A stretch of 63,522 bases of DNA, filler included, from Octopus bimaculoides (GCF_001194135.2; 5 parts of 4 records of this genome joined end to end with filler, not necessarily neighbours in it); one strand, 5' to 3'; shown: positions 39,350 through 53,520, numbered from the whole stretch's first letter. Notes: generated from the letters alone by a model not told the origin. Program-made: numbers and translations.

Positions 39350-39555
39350 TATGGCGGCGAGCTGGCAGATTCGCTAACACGCCGGAGAAGACACTAATAT
39401 TTCTGCTGTCTTTACGTTCTACTTTCAAATTCTCCCAATGTCGGCTTTGCCTGTCATCTCTTTCGAGGCCGATAAAATAGAGTGCAAATTGAACACTGAG
39501 GTCGATGTAATCAACTTAGCTTCTCCTGCTAGCCTTCTTCAAAACTTTAAAACCA
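39350..39555 (+). mobile_element. SINE family B
   Basis: ggcggcgagctggcagattcgctaacacgccgg...ggctttgcctgtcatctctttcgaggccgataaaat. Confidence 0.8.
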
Positions 39556-42500
39556 ATATAAATAGCCATAATGATTCACAATGTAGTCAAATTGTGTGTA
39601 ACTGATGTCTGGTGAATTGGTGCTAAGTATAGTATACTAAGTATAGAAAATAGTCAAATCTCTTTGTTTCTTTGGTACAGGAGAGGAAAAACATACAAGT
39701 TATAGATCGTATTGTTTTTAAAGTGTATGTATAAAGGGTTATTTACAAAAAAAAAAAAAAGAGAAAGGAAAAGGAAAATACTTGTAAGTTTCTTATGTAT
39801 TTTCAATTTACTTACACTCTTAGTGCTATTATTAATTAATTTGCACTAGCATAAAAAAGATATTCTGTTTCAAGGAATTGACTAACCAATCACTGATGAA
39901 AATTTGGCAAAGTTTGAAATTTGATTGATTTCCTCTCCCTTTAGCAAAGAGAGGAAAAAAACATGTAATTTAACTTCGATATATAATTGACAACGAGTCT
40001 AAAATGTAAATTTGATAACAACGCAATGTAATAAAGTCATAAACTTGACTTACATTACTGTTAGGCGCATTACAGTAGATTACTTCTGTAAATTAAATAA
40101 TTTATACTGTCATCGCGTGCATTCTTATGAAAATTAAACTAGATAAATAGACTTCTAACTTTGTGTATAGAAACAATAGCAAGAACTTCATACACTCTTA
40201 ATAATCTGAATATGCGCAACCTTTCTCTTGATTTAGCATAAAATTCTGAAACGGCTGAACTTGATAGCAGAGAGTGGACACGAATAAACATTATGATATA
40301 ATCACACTTTATACTTTTCGCAGCGATACTAGAGTCTCAGTTGATTTAATCAAATGAATATACATTTACTTCACATCTATACTCAGCATAACACTGGATA
40401 ATCGTCTATAAATTAGATAGTGCACATTGCCGAAGCTTGAACTTTAATTTATTTAGTGTAAACAAATTCTATTCTATGCGGAATACTGTATGCAATAAAT
40501 ACTTATAAAGGACAATCTTTATGTGTGATTAGAGCAATGTGTAACCTTTCTTGTATGTCTGACAAGGCGATAGCTGCTCTGGTTCAGTTCAATAGAAGAT
40601 ATATTATAAATATTCATGTATTATTGACTTTACTGGATAGAATCTAGTACTGATACTTATCAACCAGAAACATATAGATATCTGTGAACGATATGTTTCC
40701 GTGGTCGAACAGCAGTTTTCATAAAGATCTGCTGTGTATAAGCAGTGAGATTTGAAACTGAATTGTCAAGAAATACCACAGGGTACTTTATCTGACATCG
40801 CACTAACTATCCTGCCATCACACAGCATGTCTTTTGGTTGTCCACCTCTGTTTGTCTCTCACTGTTTCTGCCTAGTCTGTCTGTCTCTATTTCATTGCAT
40901 ATATAGAAATATATATACAGACGCACACATCTATAATGAGATATGTGCAAATATTTGTTGTCTGACTGGATTATTCTACGAACGCCTCGATTGTAATTTT
41001 ATTCTCTTTTACCATGCTCTTGACAAAAGCACGCATCAAATACAAACCAAATATGTTTATTGAAAAATACAAACAACGAGTGTATACGCTATAACTACAT
41101 TCCAAGCTGAGTCGTTAAATAATTATACATCACATCCCACAACCCCCCACACATAAAAAAGCTATATATTCAATCAAGTAAGCCATTTCTCTTATGTTAG
41201 TTATTCTGAAAACCTGTTCATATTATTATTAAACCTTTATGATGTTACACGAACTAATAAAGGAATATAACGGGAGCTGGCTATTCATACTGTCACATAA
41301 CACATGCGCTTGCCTAATAACTTTTGGTACAACTATCTTTCATACAGTAATATGGCCATATGACATCGTGACTAACTTTAACCACCCAACCTACATCAAC
41401 TTATGCGAATTGAAGCCATTATCGCTTCATAAAAAGGAGCTGAATTTCTAATCAGAATCAAGACAAACACGGTATTGCCTCAAATCTTTCTATCTCAATA
41501 CATTTCAAAATTAGAAAATTCAGCAAAAGATCTTAAGCAAATGGATGTAGATCGCTTTAAAGTCAGCGAGTGCATTTCAACTTCCTTTCATTCTGTTACA
41601 CGTATAGAATTACACTATGTATCTATATATAAATATGTACATACAGACACGTACATATTCACATGTGTATGTCTGTGTGAATGCATAGATGCACGAAATG
41701 TATGCAGGCATACATGTATGTATGTATGTCTGTATGTATGTATGTATGGAGATATTTTTCGCTTTTCGGATGAGAGATGAAAATAGATGAAAGCATGAAC
41801 GCTTCCTTCGAAATTTGGATATAGGTGGGGTTGATTGGTATCGAGGTGCTTACGTCCATGTTTGTTGTCATAACACAAAGTATTTATATTAAAATCAATA
41901 TCCAAAACTAATTAAACGCTTCAGCACATTTGGCAATTAACATTTAAGATAAATTTTGCAACACCTATTTCAGGAGACGATTTAGGATTAATTTAAGATA
42001 CAGTTGCAAACTAGTTTTGCTTATATATCCAGATATAACAGCATTTCCTATATATATATATATATATATATGGAGCCGGGTTTGAATATGTACGTATGTG
42101 TGTGTAGGCATGTTGGTGTGTAGTATGAAGTATATAAAGATGAATGTATATGTTTAGTGATTACATTGAAAAGACCATAGCCAGATACACTGGCACGCAA
42201 TATAGATATATATTTGAGGTTGTGGATGAATCTAATGTAATGAATGAATCCATTAGCATTATATTATTGTCAGCATGAATAATAATGGTTGAAGTTATCT
42301 TTGCAAAATGAGGTACTGAAACGTTGAAACAGAGTGACATAAGGATTTATATAGAAGACGCACGATGGAAAAGTGAATAAATAAACGTAGAGAAATAAGA
42401 GGCAAGATTTAAAGACATGAAAGATAAATGAAAGCTAAAAAGGGAAATATATGAGGAACGATAAAACTATTTTGTTGGCAATACTCTGGTGAAAAGTCTT

Positions 42501-43442
42501 TGAAAGAAAATTTTCCCTGCAACCTCTAAGTTTACATTTGCATAGAAATCTATCACACATGAAATCTTACAGAAGGTATTTAGTTTACGGGCAAAGCATT
42601 GAAAACTGCCGTAGCAGGTAGTCTTGCCAATTTAAACTGACGCAGTTGAAATACAAAGAAGGAAAAGATGGCAATCTTGTTTCTTTCGTTTGTATGTTTC
42701 TTATAATTTTTTTCTTTCTTCGTTGCATCCTTTCTTCACATCTCTATTTGTATACTTCTCTTTATTTCATTCGTTTTCTTTACAGGGAATATCAGAATGC
42801 TATGTATTCCAACCGAATAGTGAATGTAAACAGTACGCAGAATAATTATGTTCTGTTTAAATTATTCTTACAAATGTTCCACAGTAAGATTAGGCATTCT
42901 TCGAAAATAAAACCGTAAGGTGTTTATACAAACTCACATTCCTGAATGAAGGTATGTTCATTAAACAAGACTTATATAATGGTTATAATGGCCAAGTGCA
43001 TACACTAGGAAAGTGATTGCCAACTCCTCAAAATGATGCTAAAGGGTGTTATTTGAGATGCTACACAAAGTTTATTCCCAGTTGTATCCACATATTGAAT
43101 AAATTTCTGTGGAATGGAAATGAAGGGTTAGACGAATAATGTTCTTAGAAATTGGCCTTAGCTGATTGCATTATTCATCAAAAGTTCGAAACTTTCCGAA
43201 GCTGTTTGATATTGAAGCAAAAGAGAATAAAATAAAGAATATCTAAAAACTAAGATTGTGTATTCACAGTATTGTGGTCATGCAATAATAACCATCGTCG
43301 TTGTACTTTTCTGTGAAGTACACCACAGGCAGTTATATAACTAAAACAATCTTGGTATGTTTTTGAACGCGTAACTCGAATAAACTGGGATTCAGATAAG
43401 TGTTCCTAATGTAACTCCTCATGTTGAATCGAAGAAATTATA

Positions 43443-43845
43443 TGCAGGAGTGGCTGTGTGATAGGTAGCTTGTTTACCAACCACATGATCCCGGGTTCAG
43501 TCCCACTGTGTGGCACTTTGGACAAGTGTCTTCTAATATAGCGTCGAGCCGACCAAAGCCTTGTGAGTGGATTTGATAGACGGAAACTGAAAGAAGCCCG
43601 TCATATATATGTATATATATATTTGTGTGTGTGTTTTTGTGTGTTCGTGTTTGTCCCCCAACATCGCTTAACATCCGATGCTAGTGTGTTTACGTTCCCG
43701 TAACTTAGCGGTTCAGCAAAAAGATATTGATAGAATAAGTACTAGGCTTACAAAGAATAAGTCCTGGGGTCGATTTGCTTGACTAAAAGGTGGTGCTACA
43801 GTATCGCCGCAGTCAAATGAGTGAAGCAAATAAAAGAATAAAATC
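43443..43845 (+). mobile_element. SINE family A, full-length reference copy
   Basis: tRNA-like head gcaggagtggctgtgtgataggtagcttgtttaccaaccacatgatcccgggttcagtcccactg, internal (TA)/(TG) tract, conserved 3' half and (TAAAAGAA) tail. Confidence 0.9.
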
Positions 43846-45041
43846 TATATATATTTCAACTTCTAGGGGCAAATCCACAGCGTTTACCGTGGATAAATGA
43901 AATTCCCATTTGTTTAAGACTGTATAAAACGCCATATATATATATATATATTCTAGCAGAATTTCACCCACTTTTCTGGCTCTTTAGCCTTCCTCATTTG
44001 GAGATACCGAAGAGAGATAACTCGAGCAGATTCTAAAGCCGTAGCTTTATCTTTAAACAGTCAATATCAGTGACTAAGCTGCGTTCCCGGAGAGCTTGTT
44101 CGGGTCGGAAATATATTTTTAACCAACTAAATCTAGTTATTCCTTACCACTGTTTGGTACTGATTCCAACATGCTTATTTCGACCGGGCGGACCGCAAGC
44201 GCAATATGGTCATTGATATTGATTGTTTTAAGATAAAGTTAGGCTTTACAATGTATTCGAAATATCTCTCTTTGGCATCTACTATCGCCGAAAGCTAAAG
44301 AGCTAGAAACGTGTCTGGGAGTCTACTAGGAGAGGTTAATAGGTAGATATGGTATTTTGACACCTTTTACCTTGAGCGAGAATTGTTTCTTCACAGCAAC
44401 AGCAGTAAATTTGACTTTACACGTTGAAATATATCACGAACCTAAAGATTTTTTATTCCTTGTTACTACTTAGTGTTGATGGTATTTTATCATGTATCAT
44501 ACACACACACACACACACACACACANNNNNNNNNNNNNNNNNNNNNNNNNNNNNNNNNNNNNNNNNNNNNNNNNNNNNNNNNNNNNNNNNNNNNNNNNNN
44601 NNNNNNNNNNNNNNNNNNNNNNNNNNNNNNNNNNNNNNNNNNNNNNNNNNNNNNNNNNNNNNNNNNNNNNNNNNNNNNNNNNNNNNNNNNNNNNNNNNNN
44701 NNNNNNNNNNNNNNNNNNNNNNNNNNNNNNNNNNNNNNNNNNNNNNNNNNNNNNNNNNNNNNNNNNNNNNNNNNNNNNNNNNNNNNNNNNNNNNNNNNNN
44801 NNNNNNNNNNNNNNNNNNNNNNNNNNNNNNNNNNNNNNNNNNNNNNNNNNNNNNNNNNNNNNNNNNNNNNNNNNNNNNNNNNNNNNNNNNNNNNNNNNNN
44901 NNNNNNNNNNNNNNNNNNNNNNNNNNNNNNNNNNNNNNNNNNNNNNNNNNNNNNNNNNNNNNNNNNNNNNNNNNNNNNNNNNNNNNNNNNNNNNNNNNNN
45001 NNNNNNNNNNNNNNNNNNNNNNNNNNNNNNNNNNNNNNNNN

Positions 45042-45212
45042 TGCTCCAGCATGGCCGCAGTCAAATGACTGAAACAAGTAAAAGTGTAAAAGAGTATGTG
45101 TGTGTGTGTGTGTGTGTGCGTGTGTGTGTGTTTGTGCGTCTGTGTTTGTCCCCACAACATCGCTTGACAACCGATGCTGGTGTATGTACGTCCCCGTAAC
45201 CTAGCGATTCGC
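45042..45212 (+). mobile_element. SINE family A fragments in tandem (3' end followed by mid-body)
   Basis: tgctccagcatggccgcagtcaaatgactgaaac, then (TG)n, then tgtttgtccccacaacatcgcttgacaaccgatgctgg. Confidence 0.75.
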
Positions 45213-45215
45213 CTC

Positions 45216-46253
45216 TTTTGGAAGCAGAGAATATCTTGTGTATATATGCTTTTATTTGAAAGGATCTAATTTTATGATTCGCTATAATTCTGTTGATATC
45301 TTATTCTTTCTGGTAGATGTTTTTGGTAAAAAAAAAAAAAAGATATTGTTTTAGCATTAATATTTTCGTTGGTTGGTAGGTACCCTGTATATAGGAACAA
45401 GTTTTTGTTGGTTGGTTGAGAAGTAGGTTCCCTGTACATAGGGACAGGTTTTGATTGGCTGTAGGTTTCTTGACGTCATTTTATTTTAATATAGAACCTG
45501 TTTTTTGTTTTGGTCAAGTTTGGCGTTCTGCTTGGTTGACTTTCCTGTAGGGAATGGTCATCAACCGTTCCGGTTGGTTGGTTCTCTTAAGGTTTCTGGT
45601 TGTTTTTTATCATGCGGGTACGGTTCTGATCAGAGGTAAAATTTCATTGGTCTAGTGAGAAGTGACGTCGGCAACGGGCAATTCAGAAGGTGTACGATGT
45701 TATTATATAGTGATGTGAAGTGCGGTTTCGAAACCCAGGGAGGAAACTGTAACTAATGTTGTTTATACACCTGTCTTCGCATTTTGTTTTTCTATAAATT
45801 ATATCTGTTGTACCTGGTTGTTTTTTCGCGGAGAAATTGAGTTTTCTTCTTTCTAGTGTCTTATTAAAATACATTTAATTGCGGTTTATATTTTTTAATG
45901 AGTATATTTTCTTTATTCAATCGGAATTGTGTTGAAGTGTTTCCGCTGCATAAGTGCTTGCTTACTGGAATTTTTCTGGGCGTGAGGTCCCGGATTTGTT
46001 GCCTGTGTACTGTCAGTTTATTCCTCAAGGTCAAACCTACTACCAATAAAAATCTGTTCCTATGTACAGAGAAGTAACCAGCCAACCAATAAACGAAAAC
46101 ACTAAAGCCAAAACAATATCCATTTTTTTGGTTTTTACCAAAATTAACCACCAGAAACAATAAGGCATCATCAGAATAATAACGAATCAAAAATTAGACC
46201 CTTTCACGTAAAAGCATATATATCTGCGCACAAGATATTCTCTGCTTCCAAAA
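45216..46253 (-). mobile_element. 5'-truncated Penelope-like element with an inverted terminal duplication (arms ~45216-45470 and ~46040-46253) and a GIY-YIG remnant (45864-46037)
   Basis: Arms begin ttttggaagcagagaatatcttgtg on opposite strands and align for >200 nt. Minus frame GLTLRNKLTVHRQQIRDLTPRKIPVSKHLCSG...RLNKENILIKKYKPQLNVF* resembles a PLE endonuclease C-terminus with an internal deletion. Confidence 0.75.
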
Positions 46254-46419
46254 CACCCCCTAAAAAGTGAAAATCCCTGTACACGATGGAAAAAGAACTA
46301 CGCGTAAGACGACAGAAAATGTAAAAGAACTGATCTTTTAAACTCCTTATTTTTTCTTTGCCTCTCTTGTCCACCAAACTATTAGGGATCTACATTTTTT
46401 AAATATTCTTCACCGATCA

Positions 46420-46640
46420 AAGTGGCAAGATGGCAGAAGTGTTAGCAGAAACGTTAGCCGGGCGAAATGCTAAGCGGTATTTCGTCTGTCTTTAAGTTCT
46501 GAGTTCAAATTTCACCGAAGTTGACTTTACCTTTCATCTTTTCTGAGTCGATAAATTAAGTACCAGTTGCGTACTGGGGTTGATCTAATCGATTGGCGTC
46601 CTCCTCCAAAATTTCGGGCCTTGTACCTAGAGTAGGCAAG
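46420..46640 (+). mobile_element. SINE family B, full-length
   Basis: gatggcagaagtgttagc...gagttcaaatttcaccgaagttgactttacctttcatc...gtcgataaattaagtaccagttgcgtactgggg...gggccttgtacctagagtag. Confidence 0.85.
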
Positions 46641-48089
46641 AATATTCTTTACCGATCATTTTGATATTATCTACCCCTGACATTGAATTTTGCGAAAACT
46701 TAATCATTTAAATATGTTTCCTACTTCGTAATTTTAAATTCTTTTAAAATCTTTTAAAATCTTTTAAAATCCCATTGTACAAAAAATTTTTGAAACTAAT
46801 TTGGTATGTATATAAATAAACTAGAATTTTTTTTCAAANNNNNNNNNNNNNNNNNNNNNNNNNNNNNNNNNNNNNNNNNNNNNNNNNNNNNNNNNNNNNN
46901 NNNNNNNNNNNNNNNNNNNNNNNNNNNNNNNNNNNNNNNNNNNNNNNNNNNNNNNNNNNNNNNNNNNNNNNNNNNNNNNNNNNNNNNNNNNNNNNNNNNN
47001 NNNNNNNNNNNNNNNNNNNNNNNNNNNNNNNNNNNNNNNNNNNNNNNNNNNNNNNNNNNNNNNNNNNNNNNNNNNNNNNNNNNNNNNNNNNNNNNNNNNN
47101 NNNNNNNNNNNNNNNNNNNNNNNNNNNNNNNNNNNNNNNNNNNNNNNNNNNNNNNNNNNNNNNNNNNNNNNNNNNNNNNNNNNNNNNNNNNNNNNNNNNN
47201 NNNNNNNNNNNNNNNNNNNNNNNNNNNNNNNNNNNNNNNNNNNNNNNNNNNNNNNNNNNNNNNNNNNNNNNNNNNNNNNNNNNATATATGTTTGTGTGTG
47301 TGTGTGTGTATTGCGTGTGTTGTGTGGATAAATATGTGCCTGTGTGTTTGCGTATGATTCCTTCCGCTTGAAATCCGGTGTTGTTTTGTTTACGTTTACA
47401 TTTTCGTAAATTAGCGAATTCGGCAAAAGGGAACAGATAGAATAAGTACCAAATTATAGTAAATAATTCCTGGAGTCAATTTCTTCGAATAAGCCGTTTC
47501 AGGGGGAGTTCAATTATGGCTGTATTTCAACAGCTAAAATGAATAAAAAATAAATGATACATATAATATTGTCGGTTATATATTCAGTAGACAGAACAAT
47601 TCTTGTTTTCCTCTTCGAAAATTGATTCTGAATCTGTCAACATAAGTTAATGTATTTCTCTTATTTACAGGTTAATTATAGAGAGTGCTAAAGACAGGTT
47701 GATCTATTTTAATTTTAATCAATTTATTCCCTTTCTATAGATTGGATAAAGAAAAAGCGTTGTAAACAAATTGGGATGAAGTCAGAACAACGATAGCCAA
47801 TGGTAATAAACAGACCATAGAATATACTTTGAATACAAATGTAAAATGTATCTGCATTAAACAAATCAACAAATATAAATATATGTAAGGACGGAATCAA
47901 TTTGAAGCAGTTCACAATAATCATCGTCATTATGATGAGCTATGCAATATATATGATACACACATACTCACGCACACAAACACAGGCACGCACAAACATT
48001 CACCCCACACAAATATATAGGAAGACCATAATTAAAATGGGGTCTCAATACACAGTTAAGTATAGTGCATTCATTATTTTGATAGTGAG

Positions 48090-48280
48090 GAAAGGCGGCG
48101 AGTTGGCAGAATCGTTAGTACGCTGGATGAAGTGCTTTGCGGTATTTCGCCTGTCGCTACGTTCTGAGTTCAAATTCCGCCGAGCAATAGATTAAGTACC
48201 AGTGAAACACTGGGGTCGATGTAATCGACAATCCCCCACACCACAAAATCCAGGCCTTGTGCCTATAGTAGAGAGGATTG
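48090..48280 (+). mobile_element. SINE family B with internal deletion of the core
   Basis: aaaggcggcgagttggcagaatcgttagtacgc...caaattccgccgagc joined directly to attaagtaccagtgaaacactggggtcgatg. Confidence 0.8.
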
Positions 48281-48384
48281 TTTTAATAATGAGGAGCTCT
48301 ATAGAAAGCTCGTCTATTTCTTGGATCTAATTGATGTCAGTTAGACCATAAAACAATTGAGCTCTCCATAGGGTCTCTCGTGTT

Positions 48385-48512
48385 CAGTCACAATGTGGCA
48401 CTTTGGACATCCTCTCTTTTAGCCTTGAGCTGACCATAGCTTTGTGTGTGGTTTTGGTGGACTGAAACTGAAAGAAGCTTGTCCGAATATATATATATAT
48501 ATATGGGGAGTG

Positions 48513-48547
<35 letters not shown>

Positions 48548-48740
48548 TTGTCCCCCACCACTTCTTGACAACTGGTATTGGTGCGACTTTGACTTACTGG
48601 TTCAGCAAAAGGCACCGATAGAATAAGTGCCAGGCATAAAAATAAAAATACAAGGTTGAATTCATTTGACAAAAAAATCTTCATGCTGGTTCCCCAGGAT
48701 AGCCGCAGTCAAATTAATGCAACAACAAAAAGATAACAGA
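48385..48740 (+). mobile_element. SINE family A, decayed
   Basis: gtggcactttggac...ggactgaaactgaaagaagc...tttgtcccccaccacttcttgacaac...gatagaataagtgc. Confidence 0.7.
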
Positions 48741-49647
48741 TACACACGCGCACTAACTTTTCCAGTGTAACAACTATTTAATATACGAATTTATGTGTCC
48801 ATGTATGTATTGTGATGCATAAGATACATATGGCTGAAATTTATAGATATGGTGAAGCACAAAGTATTGTATCGTATTCTATGCCTCTCTTTATAGTTTC
48901 ATGAGTATTCCATATGTATAAAAGCGAGACATTTGTATTTCTTCTGTTTCTTTGCAAGAATGTGTCGGCAGCTGTTATCTGGTTGTAGACACGACAATAA
49001 ACCATCATCAAAAACTTGTCAAAATTATAATTAGGGGAGAAAACTAAAGTTATAGCAACACTTTGACAGCCAATGTAGACGCCAGACTGCTGATGTGGAC
49101 ATAAAGTAACACTTCACAAAATACGAAACCGAGATCATTTAAAAAAAATCAAACCAAAGACAGCTAATACGAATCTACTTGCAAAAAGTATATAGACATT
49201 TTAAGGCGGAGAAATACATATAAATATGAAGAAGTTTTTTTTTTTTTAATTCATAAATAACAAAATATTCCCACCGTAAAATTAAGTTGCCTACTTGAAC
49301 CTTTTAGACAGAATAGCATAAATAATTGCTGATTAGTGTAAAAAAATAGGCAAACGGCAAATGGCTAATATTAACATGAAGAAAAACTTGAACCAGAAAA
49401 TATCTCCCAAAGCAATGAAATATAAAACAAAAACAATGAACTATAAGGCAAACTGCTTTGTAGAAAATGGCTGTTCTTTAAGAATTGGGATATATGTCCC
49501 GAAGATGTTTGTCTGATATAATTAAAATTGAAAGCAGACAATTGACTATAAACAGTAAAAGAAATCCATTAACTGAATCAATTTATGTAAGGCTGAAAAA
49601 AATCGAGCACACGACACAAGGAGAATAAATGAGAGACATATTCTTTT

Positions 49648-49800
49648 TGACCTCGGCGGAATTTGAACTCAGAACGTAATGACAGACGACATACCACTAA
49701 GCATTTTCGGGGTCGATAAATTAAGTACCAGTTATGTACTGGGGTCGATCCAATCGACTGGCCCCCTCCCCAAAAATTTCGAGCCTGGAGTGGAAAAGAA
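49648..49800. mobile_element. SINE family B with the 5' part inverted relative to the 3' part
   Basis: 49648-49705 is the head in minus orientation. 49705-49800 (tcggggtcgataaattaagtaccag...) is the tail in plus orientation. Confidence 0.7.
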
Positions 49801-51226
49801 ACGTTATCGTATATGTATATAGACATATACATATACCATATATTAATATACATACATGTTAACAATGTGAAATCCCAATGCATACTATATATATGCTGAA
49901 CTTTGCCCTGTAAGTTATCAATATATTATCAAGAACCTATTTAGTTATTAGTTCTCAACAGAGCAATACATAATATCCCATGCACAGAGATCAGTCGTGA
50001 AGAACAGACGTTTATTTACTCAATAAAGGGAATTAATAATTATTGACTGTTATTGTAATTGCCACTGGAACTGGAAGCTGCAATCATGTAAGTTTCAATA
50101 GTAAAGTGGTATCAAGTCTCCTTTTGATTCTTGGCAAGTTGACATGTTTTCCATTAGGTTCACCTTATTTAACAACGGTGCCTTCAAGAATGTGTTGATG
50201 TTATTGCGTTATTGGAAATGTTGCTCTATTTCATACCTCATTAATCCTACTTAAATTGGTAAATCCACTTTTTAAGTTCAAATATCGCTGGTTCAATCCA
50301 TTAAGTTATAAGTATAATGAAATCCATAATTCTACTGTAAAGATTATCTATTACAAAGGATCATTTGCTTGTATTATTTCGAGTTCCTCCAATCAATATA
50401 TTGGTAGCTACCTTAACATAGAATTGAAGGTGTATTATTAAGAGATAGTATTATTGCACAGTGTATAGAGTTTGCTGGATCCAAATTTATTTACAATTTC
50501 ACGCAAAACTGCTTTCATTTCATTTCAAATGGAGAAATGAATCTTTATTATGAGACTTTAAGTCTTGCCTTTGCCAACATTAATAATAAACTCCTAATCA
50601 CAGCAATCTTGTCCTTGTATTTGTAAATTTTTTATTGTAAGTTTTTCTTTTTGTCATTGATTTTCCAAATGTTGAACAGTGGTAACTTTTCAGGAAACCA
50701 ACGAATCCGCTTTTATAAAATATATAAATTTTTTTTTTCAAAATTTGCTTAGAAGTACTAAGAAGTAAATAATGGGAGTTTGTGATATTACAAGACAATG
50801 AAATCTGAAACTAAACAAATTCATACACATATGTTGAAATTCGTCGAATATCAAGTGTCACGGATTAATTTTGCCACTTTGTCACATCAGTTCTAGTCAG
50901 CTCCTCACTTTCTTGTCCCCACTTTTTTTTTTACTTTCTCTACAGCTTCACAGAGGCTTTTTATGAAAGGAAAGTGTTATTTTCTAAACAGTTAAAAATT
51001 GTCTTGTTATGAAAGGGAAACAATTCTTATGGGCATATTAAGTGAATTTTATCTTGTATTTCCCTTCCAACATACAAGAATAACTATTACGTATGCTTCA
51101 AGAATTTGATTATTTCAACATTGTTGCGGAACATTATTTCACTGTTGTCCTAAATATTAATCCATTTATTACTCTATACACTGAGACTTATGCCATTTTG
51201 TAAAAGGTTAGAGCTCCTTCCGTATA

Positions 51227-51442
51227 TATATACGGAGCATTATTACTAAAGGCAGAAAATACAGGGGACGGGATACCAAATGTGAGTTCTGTATCACTGA
51301 AAACTTATATATCATCCAGTCAACAGATGACACCTTAAATATTAGGGATGAGACCTTCTCTCCCTGTATACGCAAGAAATGTTTTACACTCCGACATTTC
51401 AAAGAGGAATCGCCACCCGCTCCACCAATCCCACAAGGATAG
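51227..51442 (+). mobile_element. Penelope-like element C-terminus of a different (Naiad/Chlamys-like) endonuclease type
   Basis: YIRSIITKGRKYRGRDTKCEFCITENLYIIQSTDDTLNIRDETFSPCIRKKCFTLRHFKEE... matches the pattern WSII.K...Y......C..C..EK..II......LN.R.E..S.C.H..K..L..FK. An isolated CTGATGA follows at 51514-51520. Confidence 0.7.
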
Positions 51443-51864
51443 ATTCTTTCCCTTAATGTGAACATTGACTATATACGACACACGAGCACTAAACATAGAA
51501 GATACATGCTCCACTGATGAACTCTACCATATGAACCTTACACAGATTATCATATAATATATTGCAAACAAATTCATCATCCAACAGTTTTTTTCCCAAA
51601 AGTCAAACCCAAGGGTGATAATTACTCGAAAGTGTCCTCCAAGAGTATCGCCACATGAATTCTTTTTTTCTAGGCGGAATATTTTTGTGAATTCCCGAGA
51701 TTCTTCGTGTTTTCATCAAAAATGGAGATGAACAGCATCCATCCATGTGATCGGCTTTAAAAATTGTTTAGATATTATGATATTTTTCTGAACATGAAGC
51801 CAGTGGTAAATGTACATACACCCCCCCCCACACACACACAACACAAACACACAAATAATAATGA

Positions 51865-51899
51865 TGATGATGATGATGATGATAATAATAATAATAATG

Positions 51900-51965
<66 letters not shown>
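51865..51965. repeat. (GAT)n/(AAT)n array
   Basis: Direct inspection. Confidence 0.9.
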
Positions 51966-52019
51966 GTGATAAATGCCCTGATTCAGTACCAAGCAGTGGC
52001 TAACGTGCCTTCTCATCAT

Positions 52020-52415
52020 AAGTGATTGAAAGTGTTATCATGTACATTGTTTTGCCTTGCTATACAAGGTGGGCTACAGCAAATATTCTGCTCAATGCCA
52101 CAGATTTGCTTGTCAGTTGTTTGACCTTAATCAGTTAAGCATGTTCCTTGGTGGCTGACGATATGTGCATCTCTGATCATGAGCAGAAGTAGTGGGGGAG
52201 CATCATAGCCATGTGTTGAGAGGAATTCTTTGGGGTTTGTATAATTCACTTTTGGAAACATGGGTCTTTTGCTCAACATCCTTAAAAAACCTTATTCGGG
52301 GACCTTTTGAGCGAGATGGGCTACTCGATCTGAAGACAATTCTAACTAGGCCCCATCTCCGAGGTCATGCGCTGTTTATCTTGATATGAGATCATCATGT
52401 CACGCACATATGGTT
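52020..52415. mobile_element. Probable interspersed repeat of unassigned class
   Basis: Higher-GC block between an (AAT)n array and a gap. Resembles an abundant octopus repeat from memory only. Single copy in this window. Confidence 0.35.
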
Positions 52416-53416
52416 NNNNNNNNNNNNNNNNNNNNNNNNNNNNNNNNNNNNNNNNNNNNNNNNNNNNNNNNNNNNNNNNNNNNNNNNNNNNNNNNNNNNN
52501 NNNNNNNNNNNNNNNNNNNNNNNNNNNNNNNNNNNNNNNNNNNNNNNNNNNNNNNNNNNNNNNNNNNNNNNNNNNNNNNNNNNNNNNNNNNNNNNNNNNN
52601 NNNNNNNNNNNNNNNNNNNNNNNNNNNNNNNNNNNNNNNNNNNNNNNNNNNNNNNNNNNNNNNNNNNNNNNNNNNNNNNNNNNNNNNNNNNNNNNNNNNN
52701 NNNNNNNNNNNNNNNNNNNNNNNNNNNNNNNNNNNNNNNNNNNNNNNNNNNNNNNNNNNNNNNNNNNNNNNNNNNNNNNNNNNNNNNNNNNNNNNNNNNN
52801 NNNNNNNNNNNNNNNNNNNNNNNNNNNNNNNNNNNNNNNNNNNNNNNNNNNNNNNNNNNNNNNNNNNNNNNNNNNNNNNNNNNNNNNNNNNNNNNNNNNN
52901 NNNNNNNNNNNNNNNNNNNNNNNNNNNNNNNNNNNNNNNNNNNNNNNNNNNNNNNNNNNNNNNNNNNNNNNNNNNNNNNNNNNNNNNNNNNNNNNNNNNN
53001 NNNNNNNNNNNNNNNNNNNNNNNNNNNNNNNNNNNNNNNNNNNATATATATATATATATAAATACACACATGTATATATTTATATATGAGTATACTTTTA
53101 TACATTAGAAGCATTACCTAGTGTGATTTATATAATTGACGATGTCTTCTAACGTGTACCTGCAGGCTATCAAATGATGTATCATGTTTTCCAATAAACT
53201 TTTATATTCAAATACAATTTAGTATTTAGTATCGTTGAAAAATTTATCTCAATAACAATTCTGTCACATTATTCTGTTTAGATTTCTCTCTTTCCTGTTA
53301 CTGAATTTGATATTGAAAATCCTGTTGTAATGTCCATGGCATCTTACTTGTAGCTAAATGTTCATTAGCCTATATATTATGCTTTTAGAGTGTATTTTAC
53401 TTTGACATTCGCCCCA

Positions 53417-53451
<35 letters not shown>

Positions 53452-53520
53452 ACGTACTCACACATACACACACAAACACACATATGTGTGTGTGTGTGTG
53501 TGTATAAAGTAATAGTAGTC

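Noticed and set aside
43130-43330. Mariner/Tc1 transposase remnant (minus-strand WLLLHDHN)
   Set aside because: Only a single short motif, with no supporting frame or TIRs.
44004-44035. Hammerhead-like CCGAAGA GAG AUAA CUC GAGC
   Set aside because: GAAA is not intact and there is no helix III or stem I. At most a relic.
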